Origin: Candidatus Woesearchaeota archaeon
GTDB taxonomy: Archaea; Nanobdellota; Nanobdellia; Woesearchaeales; GW2011-AR4
Length of the DNA stretch: 64,000 bases
Assembly: GCA_016181305.1 (NCBI GenBank)
Contig: JACOZN010000013.1
Coordinates: 15,686 to 79,685 of the forward strand
Direction: 5' to 3'
Part shown: positions 40,729 through 50,344 of the stretch, piece after piece
Numbering within the stretch: the stretch's first letter is position 1
How the letters are laid out: each line of letters opens with the position of its first letter
Position numbers and translations under genes: made by a program
Notes under the pieces: model-generated
Told to the model about the DNA's origin: nothing
What the model saw: the letters and a program-made list of their open reading frames with translations, nothing else
Databases searched by the model: none

Positions 40729-41124
40729 ATGGCAACACTAAAAACTTTGAAAAGAGGAACTGCTGGTGAACCTATAAAGAGCGAAGAACTTAGTGATAAG
40801 CCTAGATCATATGGTGCAAAGAAAATAAATTTAAACGCAGAAAACATCAAAACGAAAGAAGAATTATTAAGAGAATTGGCAAAAATTACGGAAGGATATG
40901 TGGGTGCTGACATAGAATTAGTTTGCAGGGAAGCGGCAATTCTTGCTTTAAGAGAAAATATACGGGCTAGGGAAATCCTGCCCAAACACTTTGAGCAAGC
41001 ACTTGAAAAAGTGAGACCCAGTGTCACTAAGGAAGTTCAGCAAACTTATGAAGAGTTACGCGAAACCCTTAGTGCAGCAAGAGCGAAACAAATGCTTGAT
41101 GAAAAGCCAAGCTATATGGGTTAA
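40729..41124 (+). CDS. C-terminal lid fragment of CDC48
   Basis: ELAKITEGYVGADIELVCREAA..HFEQALEKVRPSV. Confidence 0.9.
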   Translation: MATLKTLKRGTAGEPIKSEELSDKPRSYGAKKINLNAENIKTKEELLRELAKITEGYVGADIELVCREAAILALRENIRAREILPKHFEQALEKVRPSVTKEVQQTYEELRETLSAARAKQMLDEKPSYMG

Positions 41125-41181
41125 AATTTTGCAACTTTTCAAATAAAAACCTTTAAATAAGCTTATCCTAACTTTTTATTC

Positions 41182-42474
41182 ATGATACCTGAGTTTGGAG
41201 ACACGATTAAGGTACACACTAAAGAACAAGTCTATGAAGGAATACTTCTGCCGCGCCCGGAGATTTTTGACGAGAATTACACAGTCATAAAGCTGGACAA
41301 CGGCTACAACATAGGGGTTGAAAACAAAAGAATTGAGAAAATCGAGGTTGTGTCAAAATACCAGAAGAAAAAAGAGGAAAGGCACAAGATAGAGCATAAA
41401 AAGGGACTGCCTAATGTGCCGGTTTTGTCCTTTGGAGGCACTATTTCTTCGAGAGTCGACTACAAGACAGGCGGAGTTTATGCCGACTACACCGCAGAGG
41501 ATTTTGTTGAGATGCTGCCTGAGCTGACAAATGTTGCAAACTTAAAAGCAGAGAAAGTAATGAGCATAATGAGCGAAGATATGGCTCCTGAGGACTGGCA
41601 GGCAATGGCAAGAAGAATTGCAAAAGAGCTTAATGAAGACAATGCAGGGGTTGTTGTGACGCAAGGCACAGACACTTTGCATTTTTCAACGGCAGCGATG
41701 TCTTTTTTTCTGAAGAATCTGAACAAGCCTGTTGTTTTTACCGCAGCGCAGAGAAGCATTGACAGGGGAAGTTCCGACGCTCTCTCCAATTTATTGTGTG
41801 CTGTGCACGCCGCATCAAAATTTGACGGGGCTGCCGTTGTAACCTGCATGCACGGCACAAGCGACGATAACTACTGCATTTTAAACAGGGGCACAAAGGT
41901 GAGGAAGATGCACACAAGCAGAAGGGATGCTTTCCGCCCGATAAATGAGCTGCCCCTTGCAAAGGTTTTTGAAGACGGAAAAATCGAGGTTTTGAATAAA
42001 AATTACAATAAGAGAAATAATGAAAAAGTGCATGTTGATGACAAGTTCGAGCATAAAACCGGATTGGTTTATGTTTATCCTGGGATGGATCCAGAGATTC
42101 TTGACTATTATCCAGAGAAAAAATACAGGGGAATTGTGATTGCTGCAACAGCGCTCGGGCATGTTGCTACAATAAATCCAAAATATTCCTTAATTAAAAA
42201 ATTAAAGGAATTAATTGACAATAATGTTGCTGTGGTGATTTCAACGCAAACAATTTATGGAAGAGTCCATCCTTATGTCTATACAAATCTGAGAAAACTA
42301 TCGGTAGAATTAAACTGCATCTTTGCGGAGGACATGCTTCCAGAAACAGCTTATGTAAAGCTAGGCTGGGTGCTTGGGCATACGCACAAAATTGACGAAG
42401 TCAGGGAGATGATGCTCACTAATAGTGCTGGGGAGATGAGCGAGAGAAGTAGTGAAAAGGCATTTTTGTACTGA
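41182..42474 (+). CDS. gatD: Glutamyl-tRNA(Gln) amidotransferase subunit D
   Basis: IKLDNGYNIG, GGTISSRVDYKTG, QGTDTL, RKMHTSRRDAF. Confidence 0.97.
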   Translation: MIPEFGDTIKVHTKEQVYEGILLPRPEIFDENYTVIKLDNGYNIGVENKRIEKIEVVSKYQKKKEERHKIEHKKGLPNVPVLSFGGTISSRVDYKTGGVYADYTAEDFVEMLPELTNVANLKAEKVMSIMSEDMAPEDWQAMARRIAKELNEDNAGVVVTQGTDTLHFSTAAMSFFLKNLNKPVVFTAAQRSIDRGSSDALSNLLCAVHAASKFDGAAVVTCMHGTSDDNYCILNRGTKVRKMHTSRRDAFRPINELPLAKVFEDGKIEVLNKNYNKRNNEKVHVDDKFEHKTGLVYVYPGMDPEILDYYPEKKYRGIVIAATALGHVATINPKYSLIKKLKELIDNNVAVVISTQTIYGRVHPYVYTNLRKLSVELNCIFAEDMLPETAYVKLGWVLGHTHKIDEVREMMLTNSAGEMSERSSEKAFLY

Positions 42475-42713
42475 TGACCCCTATTCAAGATTTATTAAAC
42501 AAAATCAAGTGGGACAAAAGGGAAAATACAAGCGATTACACGCTTTTTTATTTCGATAGAATTTTAAACAAGATGATTTCTGTTCCCTATAATAATATTA
42601 AAAGGCTGGAAGGCAGCTTTATGGTTTTAAATAATGAGGATGAAACAAACATTCCGCTGCACAGGATTAAAAAGGTAGCTAAAAAAGATGCGATAATATG
42701 GGAAAGGAAATGA
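42474..42713 (+). CDS. DUF504/MJ1316-like RNA-binding domain protein
   Basis: IQDLLNKIKWD..IPLHRIKKV..IIWER. Confidence 0.85.
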   Translation: MTPIQDLLNKIKWDKRENTSDYTLFYFDRILNKMISVPYNNIKRLEGSFMVLNNEDETNIPLHRIKKVAKKDAIIWERK

Positions 42714-44116
42714 ACTATCAGGAATTGGGATTCAGATGCGGGCTTGAAATCCACCAGCAATTGGAAGGAAAAAAGCTGTTCTGCAACTGCCCTACTCTGA
42801 ACTCTGACAAAGAGCCTGATGTAAGGGTTGAGAGAAGATTAAGGGCTGTTGCAGGCGAGACAGGCGACATTGACATTGCAGCAGAGTTTGAGATGTCAAA
42901 GAAAAAGAAATTTCTTTACGAGAGCAATTCTGAAGACACCTGCCTTGTTGAATATGATGAGGAGCCGCCGCATGAATTGAACAAGAAGGCTTTGGAAACT
43001 GCATTGAAAATTGCCTTGCTTCTCAACGCAAAAATTGTTGACGAAATCCAAGTAATGCGCAAAACCGTTGTTGACGGCAGCAACGTATCCGGATTCCAGA
43101 GGACTGCATTGGTTGCAATGGACGGCTTTGTGGAAAGCTCTCTTGGCATGGTTAAGATTCCAACAATCTGCCTGGAAGAGGAAGCTGCCCAGAAATTAGG
43201 GGAAGGCAATGATTTTGTAAAATACAAGCTTGACAGGCTTGGAATTCCACTGATAGAAATTGCAACAGACTCGGGCATAAAAAGCCCTGAGCATGCAAAG
43301 GAGGTTGCAAGCCATATCGGAATGGTGTTGAGAAGCGTTGAAAATGTCAAAAGGGGCATTGGCACGATAAGGCAGGATGTTAACATTTCAATTGAAGGCG
43401 GGGCAAGAACTGAAATAAAGGGATTTCAGGACCTGAGGAGCATTCCAAAAGTGATTGAGTATGAAGTTAAAAGACAAATTAATGGGATAAACCAAGGAAA
43501 AACATTAAACAAGGAAGTTAGAAAAGCAGAGCCAGACTTCACAACGTCGTTTTTGAGGCCATTGCCTGGCGCTGCAAGATTGTACCCCGAGACAGATGTT
43601 TTGCCGGTTAAATCAGAGAAGAATCACATAGATGAATTGAGGAAAAAGCTTCCAAGATTGCTGACGGAAAAAGTCGATGAATTCGCAAAAAAATACAACA
43701 TAACAAAAGAAATGGCAAAGGAATTGGTTGACAATGCTGATTTTGAATACCTAAAGCAAAAATTCAAGCATAAAGACACATGGGTTATAGTCCGAACTTT
43801 GATAAACACGCCAAAGGAAATAAAATCAAAACTAAGCGCCGAGGATTTTGAAGAGATAATCTCCTATTATTACGACGGAAAAATAGCGAAGGAAGCAATA
43901 ACAGACTTGCTGGAAAAAAAGGCTTTAGGAGAAAAAGTAAAAATATCAGAGTTTGAAGCAGTTTCAGAAGAGCAGCTTGAAAAGGAAATAAAGCAGATAA
44001 TAAAGGAAAAGCCCGGCTTGAGCCAAAGCGCCTACATGGGGCTGGCAATGTCAAAGTACAGGGGGAGGGTTGACGGCAGGAAAGTGATGGAAGTGGTGAA
44101 GAAATTTGTTAAGTAA
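42710..44116 (+). CDS. gatE: Glutamyl-tRNA(Gln) amidotransferase subunit E (short form)
   Basis: GLEIHQQL, DGSNVSGFQRT, LDRLGIPLIEI, IRQDVNISI, LRPLPGAARLYPETD. Confidence 0.97.
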   Translation: MNYQELGFRCGLEIHQQLEGKKLFCNCPTLNSDKEPDVRVERRLRAVAGETGDIDIAAEFEMSKKKKFLYESNSEDTCLVEYDEEPPHELNKKALETALKIALLLNAKIVDEIQVMRKTVVDGSNVSGFQRTALVAMDGFVESSLGMVKIPTICLEEEAAQKLGEGNDFVKYKLDRLGIPLIEIATDSGIKSPEHAKEVASHIGMVLRSVENVKRGIGTIRQDVNISIEGGARTEIKGFQDLRSIPKVIEYEVKRQINGINQGKTLNKEVRKAEPDFTTSFLRPLPGAARLYPETDVLPVKSEKNHIDELRKKLPRLLTEKVDEFAKKYNITKEMAKELVDNADFEYLKQKFKHKDTWVIVRTLINTPKEIKSKLSAEDFEEIISYYYDGKIAKEAITDLLEKKALGEKVKISEFEAVSEEQLEKEIKQIIKEKPGLSQSAYMGLAMSKYRGRVDGRKVMEVVKKFVK

Positions 44117-44158
44117 CATTTATATTAAAATGCCTTTTTCTTTGCTTTGGTGATTTTA

Positions 44159-44401
44159 ATGGCATTTGGGAAATTTGACAAGAGCTTGGACAAGGAAATA
44201 TTCTCGGAAACAATCCAGTTTGAGACATCAAGTATAACTGTTGGGATTTTTTCATATAATGACGGCGAGAAAAAGATGCAGGTTTCAAGGGAAAATATGT
44301 CTCAAGACGGAGAATGGAGCTTCGCAAAGCTAGGCAGGATGTTCAAGTATGAGGCCGAGAAAGTGATTCCAGTAATGGAAAAGGCTTTGGAGCATATGTG
44401 A
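44159..44401 (+). CDS. Small hypothetical protein, possible PC4-like fold
   Basis: ITVGIFSYNDGEKKMQVSRE..FAKLGRM; fold is inference. Confidence 0.6.
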   Translation: MAFGKFDKSLDKEIFSETIQFETSSITVGIFSYNDGEKKMQVSRENMSQDGEWSFAKLGRMFKYEAEKVIPVMEKALEHM

Positions 44402-44512
44402 CTCCTTATTTCTTTCCTGCTCTCTCGCTTCGGATAACTTTTTTCATGCTATGCTAGATAGCACTACTCCAAGGGTTCCTCATAAGTACGAGGCAGCCGC
44501 TATAAGCGAAAA

Positions 44513-44621
44513 CGCGCCGGGGAAGATTCGAACTCCCGGCCTAAAGGTTAGGAACCTTTCGCTCTATTTGCACGAAGCAAAGCGAGTGCTCGCTAGCCTC
44601 TCCAAGCTGAGCTACCGGCGC
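44513..44621 (-). tRNA. tRNA-Arg(CCT) with a 34-nt D-loop intron at 19/20 (44568-44601)
   Basis: Acceptor GCGCCGG/CCGGCGC, anticodon arm AAAGG-TTCCTAA-CCTTT, T arm GGGAG-TTCGAAT-CTTCC; relaxed BHB with outer helix GAGGC/GCTTC. Confidence 0.92.
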
Positions 44622-44740
44622 ATAAGGTTTTAGAATTTAACTTGGTTTAAAAAGCTTGTTTTATTGCAAACCGGGAACAGCAATGTTAAAATCGGCAATC
44701 CATAAACTTTATAAATACCTACTAAATAGCTAGTATATAC

Positions 44741-45613
44741 ATGGAAATACGCAACATACAGAAGACAGGCGACATGCATTACCTTTACCTGCCAACATCA
44801 TGGTGCAGGGAGCACAAGATCGGCTCAAAATCAAAGGTTAGCATTGAGCAGAGCAGCGACGGCTCATTGACTATTTCTCCGCAAATTACTGAAAGGAAGC
44901 CAAAGCACCTGAAGCTGAATATCTCTGAAGATGATCAGGAAATAATACACAAGCTTGTTGTTGCATGCTACATCAACCCATTAAGCTCTTTCGAGATTAA
45001 CTTCGAGAAAGAGATGGACTTTACAAAGCTGCTGAACCAGAAAAGGCTGATAAGCCTTGAGTCAGTGGAGATTGACAAAAAGCAGATAACATGCAACGGT
45101 GCGATTTCCATAAGCGACCCGGAGTCATTGCTCAAGACAATGGCAAAAAAAATAAAGAACATGGTTATAGTGATGCAGAAGAGCTACGACAAGGAGCTGA
45201 TTGAAAGGTATGAAGACGAGATTGACAGGAGCAAGATGCTCATAGACAAGTCAATAATAAGCTCGCTCACTTTTGAAAGGACAACAAAAGCAAACACAAT
45301 CGACCTTTATTACATTTCGCTTATATCAAAAGACCTGGAAAGGATGGTTGACCATCTTATCTGCATAAGCAGCAAGGAAACGGAATTTTTGACATTAGTT
45401 CAGGAGACTATAGACCAGCTTCAAAGCATAATTGAAAACACAAATAACCTGAACTATAAGGCTGCATTGCAGTTTGTAAAAAAAGTAACTAAAATCAGGG
45501 GCTTCGAAGTCAAAGACATAAAAAGCTATGACAAGGAGAGGATAAGGCTTTCATTGACAACGATTGCCGAGGTTGTCACAGACTGGGCAATAACAAAAGA
45601 GACGGAGAAATAG
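44741..45613 (+). CDS. AbrB-PhoU phosphate uptake regulator family protein
   Basis: RNIQKTG..LYLPTSW AbrB-like N-terminus, KDLERMVDH PhoU-like helices. Confidence 0.85.
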   Translation: MEIRNIQKTGDMHYLYLPTSWCREHKIGSKSKVSIEQSSDGSLTISPQITERKPKHLKLNISEDDQEIIHKLVVACYINPLSSFEINFEKEMDFTKLLNQKRLISLESVEIDKKQITCNGAISISDPESLLKTMAKKIKNMVIVMQKSYDKELIERYEDEIDRSKMLIDKSIISSLTFERTTKANTIDLYYISLISKDLERMVDHLICISSKETEFLTLVQETIDQLQSIIENTNNLNYKAALQFVKKVTKIRGFEVKDIKSYDKERIRLSLTTIAEVVTDWAITKETEK

Positions 45614-45733
45614 CTACTTGTGCCTGGGCTTCATCAGGGCGTACTGAATCGCCATTGAAAGCCTGCCGGTTATCACTCCAATGACAAAAACAGACGAATA
45701 TTTTGCATAAAGCGCAAATTGGCCAAAGTCCAT
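45614..45733 (-). CDS. Putative 39-aa single-TM protein
   Basis: Manual translation MDFGQFALYAKYSSVFVIGVITGRLSMAIQYALMKPRHK. Confidence 0.5.
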   Translation of the reverse strand: MDFGQFALYAKYSSVFVIGVITGRLSMAIQYALMKPRHK

Positions 45734-45816
45734 AACAAAGCGCATAAAGGGCAGTAGAAAAGCGTAACCCAAATAAAAAATATAAAGTATTTATAATAGT
45801 TATTTTATATAGGTTA

Positions 45817-45872
45817 TATAGAGAACTTTGAATAATTCATTATTTTCGCCATTTCATTCAAAGTTCTCTATA
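45817..45872. repeat. 17-bp perfect inverted repeat upstream of the ATP synthase operon
   Basis: TATAGAGAACTTTGAAT / ATTCAAAGTTCTCTATA with a 22-nt loop; AGAGAACTTTGAAT also occurs at 8281-8294. Confidence 0.85.
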
Positions 45873-45943
45873 CAAATGTTTTCCATATAACATTTAGGCA
45901 TTGTTATTAAGGCTATTCAGAATACTTCAGGACTGGTGTACAG

Positions 45944-46291
45944 ATGGAAGCTTTAAGCGATTCAAAAGAAGCTGAGATCCTGGGAGAAATCAGAGAAGCT
46001 GAAAAAAAGGCAGACGAGCTTATAGAAAGGGCTGGCAGGGAAAAGGAATCCCTGCTGCGCGAGGCAGCTGCAAATGCCTCAAAGCTTTTGTCATCCAAAA
46101 AAGAAGAGATAAGAAAGGCGCAGGAAAAGAAAGTAATGGATTTCAGGGAGAAGGCAGGGCTGATTGGCGAGGAGAAGTCCGCCGAAGGCAAAATGGCTGC
46201 AAAGCAGCTAAAATCAAAGTCAGAAAAAAACACCGGAAAGGCTGTTGACTTCATACTGAAGAAATTCGAGGATATGGTCCAAAATGCTTAA
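45944..46291 (+). CDS. atpH: A/V-type ATP synthase subunit H/G
   Basis: EILGEIREAEKKADELIE coiled-coil; first gene of the operon. Confidence 0.85.
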   Translation: MEALSDSKEAEILGEIREAEKKADELIERAGREKESLLREAAANASKLLSSKKEEIRKAQEKKVMDFREKAGLIGEEKSAEGKMAAKQLKSKSEKNTGKAVDFILKKFEDMVQNA

Positions 46292-48122
46292 GCCGCATGA
46301 GATGAGCAGCGTCATAATAACAGGCCCGAACAGCGAGCTTGAGGCTGTCATCAAGGAGATGCATGATATGGGGGTGCTCCACATAGTTGAGCATTCAAAA
46401 AATGAACTGGCGGATACAGGCAAGCCACTGGATAGCGCCGGCAGGCTTTCCGAAACCCTTGTCAAAATAAGGGCATTGACTGCAGCGCTGAGCATCAGGC
46501 AAGAGGAAAACAGATTCGAGCTTAAGAAAGGCCTGCCTGAAATCGAATCCAATGTCAGAAAAATCGGAAATGAGCTTGGCGCGCTCAATGACGAGCTAAA
46601 AAAGACAGAAGAGCTGGTATCGAAAAACGATGCTGTAAGGCAGGAGCTCGAAATCCTGAAGGGCTTGAACATTCCGCTTGAAAACTTCACGTCTTACAAG
46701 TCGTTGGCTTGCTTTATGGGCTGTATAAATGAAAAGAATTTCCGGCATATGAATGGGGAGCTTTCAAAAACGACGAAAAATTTCCTGATTTTCAAAAGCG
46801 GCGAGAAGCGAAAATTCATTGCGTTGTTCATAGACTCAAAGAACAGGGAAGATGCAGGCAGCATATTGAATAAAAACGGCTTTTCGCAGCTGAACTTCTC
46901 CAATATAGGCGGCTTTAAGGGGACTGCAATGAGCAATCTTAAGAGGACAGGGGAGGAAAATGCAAGGCTCCAAAGGAAAAGAGCAGAGATTAAAAACAGC
47001 GTTGAAAAGCTGGCAAATGGGCATAAGGCCTTTTTGGCAGCTGCCGACAAATTTTTAAGCATCCAGCTTGAAAAGGCAGAAGCGCCTTTGCAGTTTGCAT
47101 CAACGCCAAGCAGCTTCCTCATTAAGGGATGGATTCCAAGCGGGCAGTTAAACAGCTCCATAGAAAGGCTGAATAAGGCGGCTAAAAACATGATATTCGT
47201 GCATTTTGAGCCTGCAAAGGCGCATGACAAAGTGCCTGTCAAGCTGAAAAACCCGAAGTATGCAAAATCTTTTGAGTTCTTCATCGACCTTTACAGCATG
47301 CCCACCTACAGGGAGATTGACCCGACTTTTTTCATATTCCTGACTTTTCCGATATTTTTCGGGATAATGCTCGGTGATGTTGGCTATGGGATAACAAGCT
47401 TATTGATTTTCTGGCTTTTAAAAAAGAAGATGCCGAAGGCAGGCGGTTTTTTCAACATACTGATGCTTGCGTCTTTTGTGTCAATGCTGTTCGGGTTTTT
47501 GTATGGGGAATTTTTTGGCTATGAGTTTATTCATCCAGTAATAAGCAGGGAGCATGAGATGTTCACCTTGATGTACATGGCCATTGCAATCGGCATAGTG
47601 CATGTAAATCTAGGATTGGCAATAGGATTTATAAACGAGCTGAAATCGCATGGATTGATGAAGGCTGTATATGAGAAATTAAGCTGGATTATACTTGAAA
47701 TAGGAGCTGCATTGCTTGCATTATCATATTTTGGAAAAATATCAATATCCCCATTAATCGGAGCTGTATTTTTAGGATTGTCAATATTAATGCTTTTTAA
47801 GGGCGAAGGGGTAAAAGGGCTTATGGAGCTGCCGAGCATTTTCACGAATATTTTGTCCTATGCAAGGCTTATGGCAATAGGGCTTTCTTCGGTTGTGCTT
47901 GCAGTCATAATAAACGACTCTGCAAAGGAATTTTTTCATCAAGGGGGATTTTTTGTATTAATAGGGGTGCTGATTTTGGTTGTTGGGCACATAATAAACA
48001 TAATGCTTGGATTACTTGGGAGCTTTTTGCACTCATTGAGGCTCCATTACGTTGAGTTTTTTTCAAAATTTTTTCACGGTGGCGCTAAGAAGTACCAGCC
48101 GTTCGGGATGAAAGAAGATTAA
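46284..48122 (+). CDS. atpI: A/V-type ATP synthase subunit I (a)
   Basis: PTYREIDPT, GIMLGDVGYG, SYARLMAIG, LRLHYVEFFSKF. Confidence 0.97.
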   Translation: MLKPHEMSSVIITGPNSELEAVIKEMHDMGVLHIVEHSKNELADTGKPLDSAGRLSETLVKIRALTAALSIRQEENRFELKKGLPEIESNVRKIGNELGALNDELKKTEELVSKNDAVRQELEILKGLNIPLENFTSYKSLACFMGCINEKNFRHMNGELSKTTKNFLIFKSGEKRKFIALFIDSKNREDAGSILNKNGFSQLNFSNIGGFKGTAMSNLKRTGEENARLQRKRAEIKNSVEKLANGHKAFLAAADKFLSIQLEKAEAPLQFASTPSSFLIKGWIPSGQLNSSIERLNKAAKNMIFVHFEPAKAHDKVPVKLKNPKYAKSFEFFIDLYSMPTYREIDPTFFIFLTFPIFFGIMLGDVGYGITSLLIFWLLKKKMPKAGGFFNILMLASFVSMLFGFLYGEFFGYEFIHPVISREHEMFTLMYMAIAIGIVHVNLGLAIGFINELKSHGLMKAVYEKLSWIILEIGAALLALSYFGKISISPLIGAVFLGLSILMLFKGEGVKGLMELPSIFTNILSYARLMAIGLSSVVLAVIINDSAKEFFHQGGFFVLIGVLILVVGHIINIMLGLLGSFLHSLRLHYVEFFSKFFHGGAKKYQPFGMKED

Positions 48123-48170
48123 TAATAAAATATACACCTACAATAAAAAATTAAAAACTCGGAGGTAAAA

Positions 48171-48404
48171 ATGGTAGACATATCGACTGGATTGGTGGCG
48201 ATGGCGTCAGGGCTGGCAATCGGCTTGAGCGCAATTGCGGCAGCTATTGCTGAAAAGGAAATCGGAGTTGCAGCTGTGGGCGCTATGGCGGAAAAGGAGG
48301 AGCTGTTTGGAAAGGGGCTTGTGCTTACAGTCATCCCGGAGACCATTGTAATCTTTGGGCTTGTGGTTGCCATATTAATACTGAACCTTGCAAAAGGCGG
48401 CTAA
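48171..48404 (+). CDS. atpK: A/V-type ATP synthase subunit K (c), single hairpin
   Basis: GLAIGLSA..VIPETIVIFGL with ion-binding Glu. Confidence 0.96.
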   Translation: MVDISTGLVAMASGLAIGLSAIAAAIAEKEIGVAAVGAMAEKEELFGKGLVLTVIPETIVIFGLVVAILILNLAKGG

Positions 48405-48413
48405 GCAATCAAG

Positions 48414-48959
48414 ATGGGACTGGAAGCGGTAAAGGAAGAGATAATTAGAAATGCCAAAGAGCAGGAGACTGCTTTGATAGCGGAAGCCAGAAAGGAAGCC
48501 AACAGGATAGTGAGAGAAACCGAGAAGAAAATAGAGGAGATAAGGGAAAAAAGCGAGGCAGATACAAAAAAAATGCTCGATACAATCAAGAGGCAGGAAA
48601 TTGCCTCTGCAGAGCTTGAGAGCAAGAAAATGGCTCTTGAGGCAAAGAAAGAGGCCATTGGGAATGTGTTTTCAGAGGCAAAGAAAAAACTTGAAGGCAT
48701 GGACGACAAAAAAAGGGAGCTTTGCATAAAACATCTCATTGAGAAAACAAAAAAAGAGATTGAAGTTGCAAACATTTACTGCAATAAAAGGGATGCAAAG
48801 TTTTTGAAAGGGTTTAATGTGCAGGCGATTGATATTGCAGGCGGCTTGATTGCAGAGAACAAGGAAAAGACTATAAGGGTTGATTACAGCTTCGAGATTC
48901 TGCTTGAAAGCATAAAGGAAACAGAGCTGCAGAGCGCAAGCAAAATATTGTTCGGTTAA
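48414..48959 (+). CDS. atpE: A/V-type ATP synthase subunit E
   Basis: MGLEAVKEEII, IAGGLIAEN, RVDYSFE. Confidence 0.92.
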   Translation: MGLEAVKEEIIRNAKEQETALIAEARKEANRIVRETEKKIEEIREKSEADTKKMLDTIKRQEIASAELESKKMALEAKKEAIGNVFSEAKKKLEGMDDKKRELCIKHLIEKTKKEIEVANIYCNKRDAKFLKGFNVQAIDIAGGLIAENKEKTIRVDYSFEILLESIKETELQSASKILFG

Positions 48960-48960
48960 A

Positions 48961-50037
48961 ATGCAAAAACTAATGCTAAAAAACATTGAGCCAATAAGGC
49001 TTGGTCATTACCCATACACTTATGTAAGGACTGTTGTTATGAGGGCCTTGCTTTTCAGGAAAGAAGACTACCAAAAAATGCTCAAGATGGGCTTCAGCGA
49101 AATAGCCAAGTTTTTGCAGGAATCCAATTACAGGAAGGAAATAAATGCATTGGCGACACAGCTTTCCGGAGCGGACTTGATTGAGCTTGCATTGAACAGG
49201 AACCTTGCTGAGTCGTTTAAAAAGCTGGCAAGAATTTCGTCGCCAGAGCTAGCATTATTGGTTAAAGAGTACCTAAAAAGGAAAGATATAGAGGACATTA
49301 AGACAATTTTAAGGGGCAAGTTTACAGGCACAAACGAAAAGCTTATTGCAAATTCCATAACAGCGGCAGGCACTTTGAGCTATGGTTTTTTAATGTCGCT
49401 TCTGAAAAAGGGCTCTGTTGAAGAGGTTTTAAAGGACAACAAAATAGCTGAATTTCATCTCTTTAAAGGCGCGCTGAAGGACTTGAATGAAAAAAAGAGC
49501 CTTGTCGGGATTGAAAATGCGTTTGACAGGCAGTATTACGGCAATCTGATTGAATTTTCAAAGGCATTGCCGAAGGAAGGCGCTTTGTTCAGGAATTTTT
49601 TGCTGAAGGAAGTCGGGATATTAAACCTGCTGACACTGTTAAGGCTGAAAAAGGCGAAGTTCGGAAAGGATGCAGTCAGGGATTTCATTGTGCTGACAGG
49701 AGATAAAGCCAAAGATTCAAAAATCATCGGCCTAATGAATATCGGGAGCCTTGACGAGCTCCAAAAAGCGCTTGAAAAAACCGAATACAAGGATATTGTT
49801 GCGAAAGGCCTTGATGAGTTCAAAAAGACAGGCTCGCTGATACTGCTTGAGGCAGGGCTTTACAAGCATCTTTTAAAGCAGTCTGTGTTGTTCATGCACC
49901 AGCATCCCTTGTCGGTTGATGTTATACTGGGATATATGTTCGCAAAGGACATAGAAGTCAGGAACTTAAAGATAATTGTCAAAGGCAAGCAGCTCGGCCT
50001 GAAGGAAGAGTTTATCGAAAGCCAATTGGTGTATTGA
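48961..50037 (+). CDS. atpC: A/V-type ATP synthase subunit C
   Basis: YPYTYVRTVVMR, KDIEVRNLKIIVKGK. Confidence 0.94.
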   Translation: MQKLMLKNIEPIRLGHYPYTYVRTVVMRALLFRKEDYQKMLKMGFSEIAKFLQESNYRKEINALATQLSGADLIELALNRNLAESFKKLARISSPELALLVKEYLKRKDIEDIKTILRGKFTGTNEKLIANSITAAGTLSYGFLMSLLKKGSVEEVLKDNKIAEFHLFKGALKDLNEKKSLVGIENAFDRQYYGNLIEFSKALPKEGALFRNFLLKEVGILNLLTLLRLKKAKFGKDAVRDFIVLTGDKAKDSKIIGLMNIGSLDELQKALEKTEYKDIVAKGLDEFKKTGSLILLEAGLYKHLLKQSVLFMHQHPLSVDVILGYMFAKDIEVRNLKIIVKGKQLGLKEEFIESQLVY

Positions 50038-50042
50038 TTAAA

Positions 50043-50342
50043 ATGGTGAAAATCGCAGTTGTAGGCGGAAGCGAATTTATTGTAGGATTTCAGTTAGCCG
50101 GCATAAAGGACACTATGGAAGTAACAGGCAATTACTTCAATGAAATGAAGAACATGAAAAGCAGAAAAGACATAGGGATTGTTGTGGTGGACGAGAAGAT
50201 AATGGAAAGATTGGACATCCACCAGAGGCTTGACATAGAGGCTTCTGTCGAGCCTGTTTTTATCCCTGTATCAACAAAGGCTGAGCAGGACAGCCTGAAA
50301 AGACTGATTAAAAAGTCGATTGGAATAGATTTGTGGAAATAA
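50043..50342 (+). CDS. atpF: A/V-type ATP synthase subunit F
   Basis: [25 protein letters not shown]. Confidence 0.94.
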   Translation: MVKIAVVGGSEFIVGFQLAGIKDTMEVTGNYFNEMKNMKSRKDIGIVVVDEKIMERLDIHQRLDIEASVEPVFIPVSTKAEQDSLKRLIKKSIGIDLWK

Positions 50343-50344
50343 AA

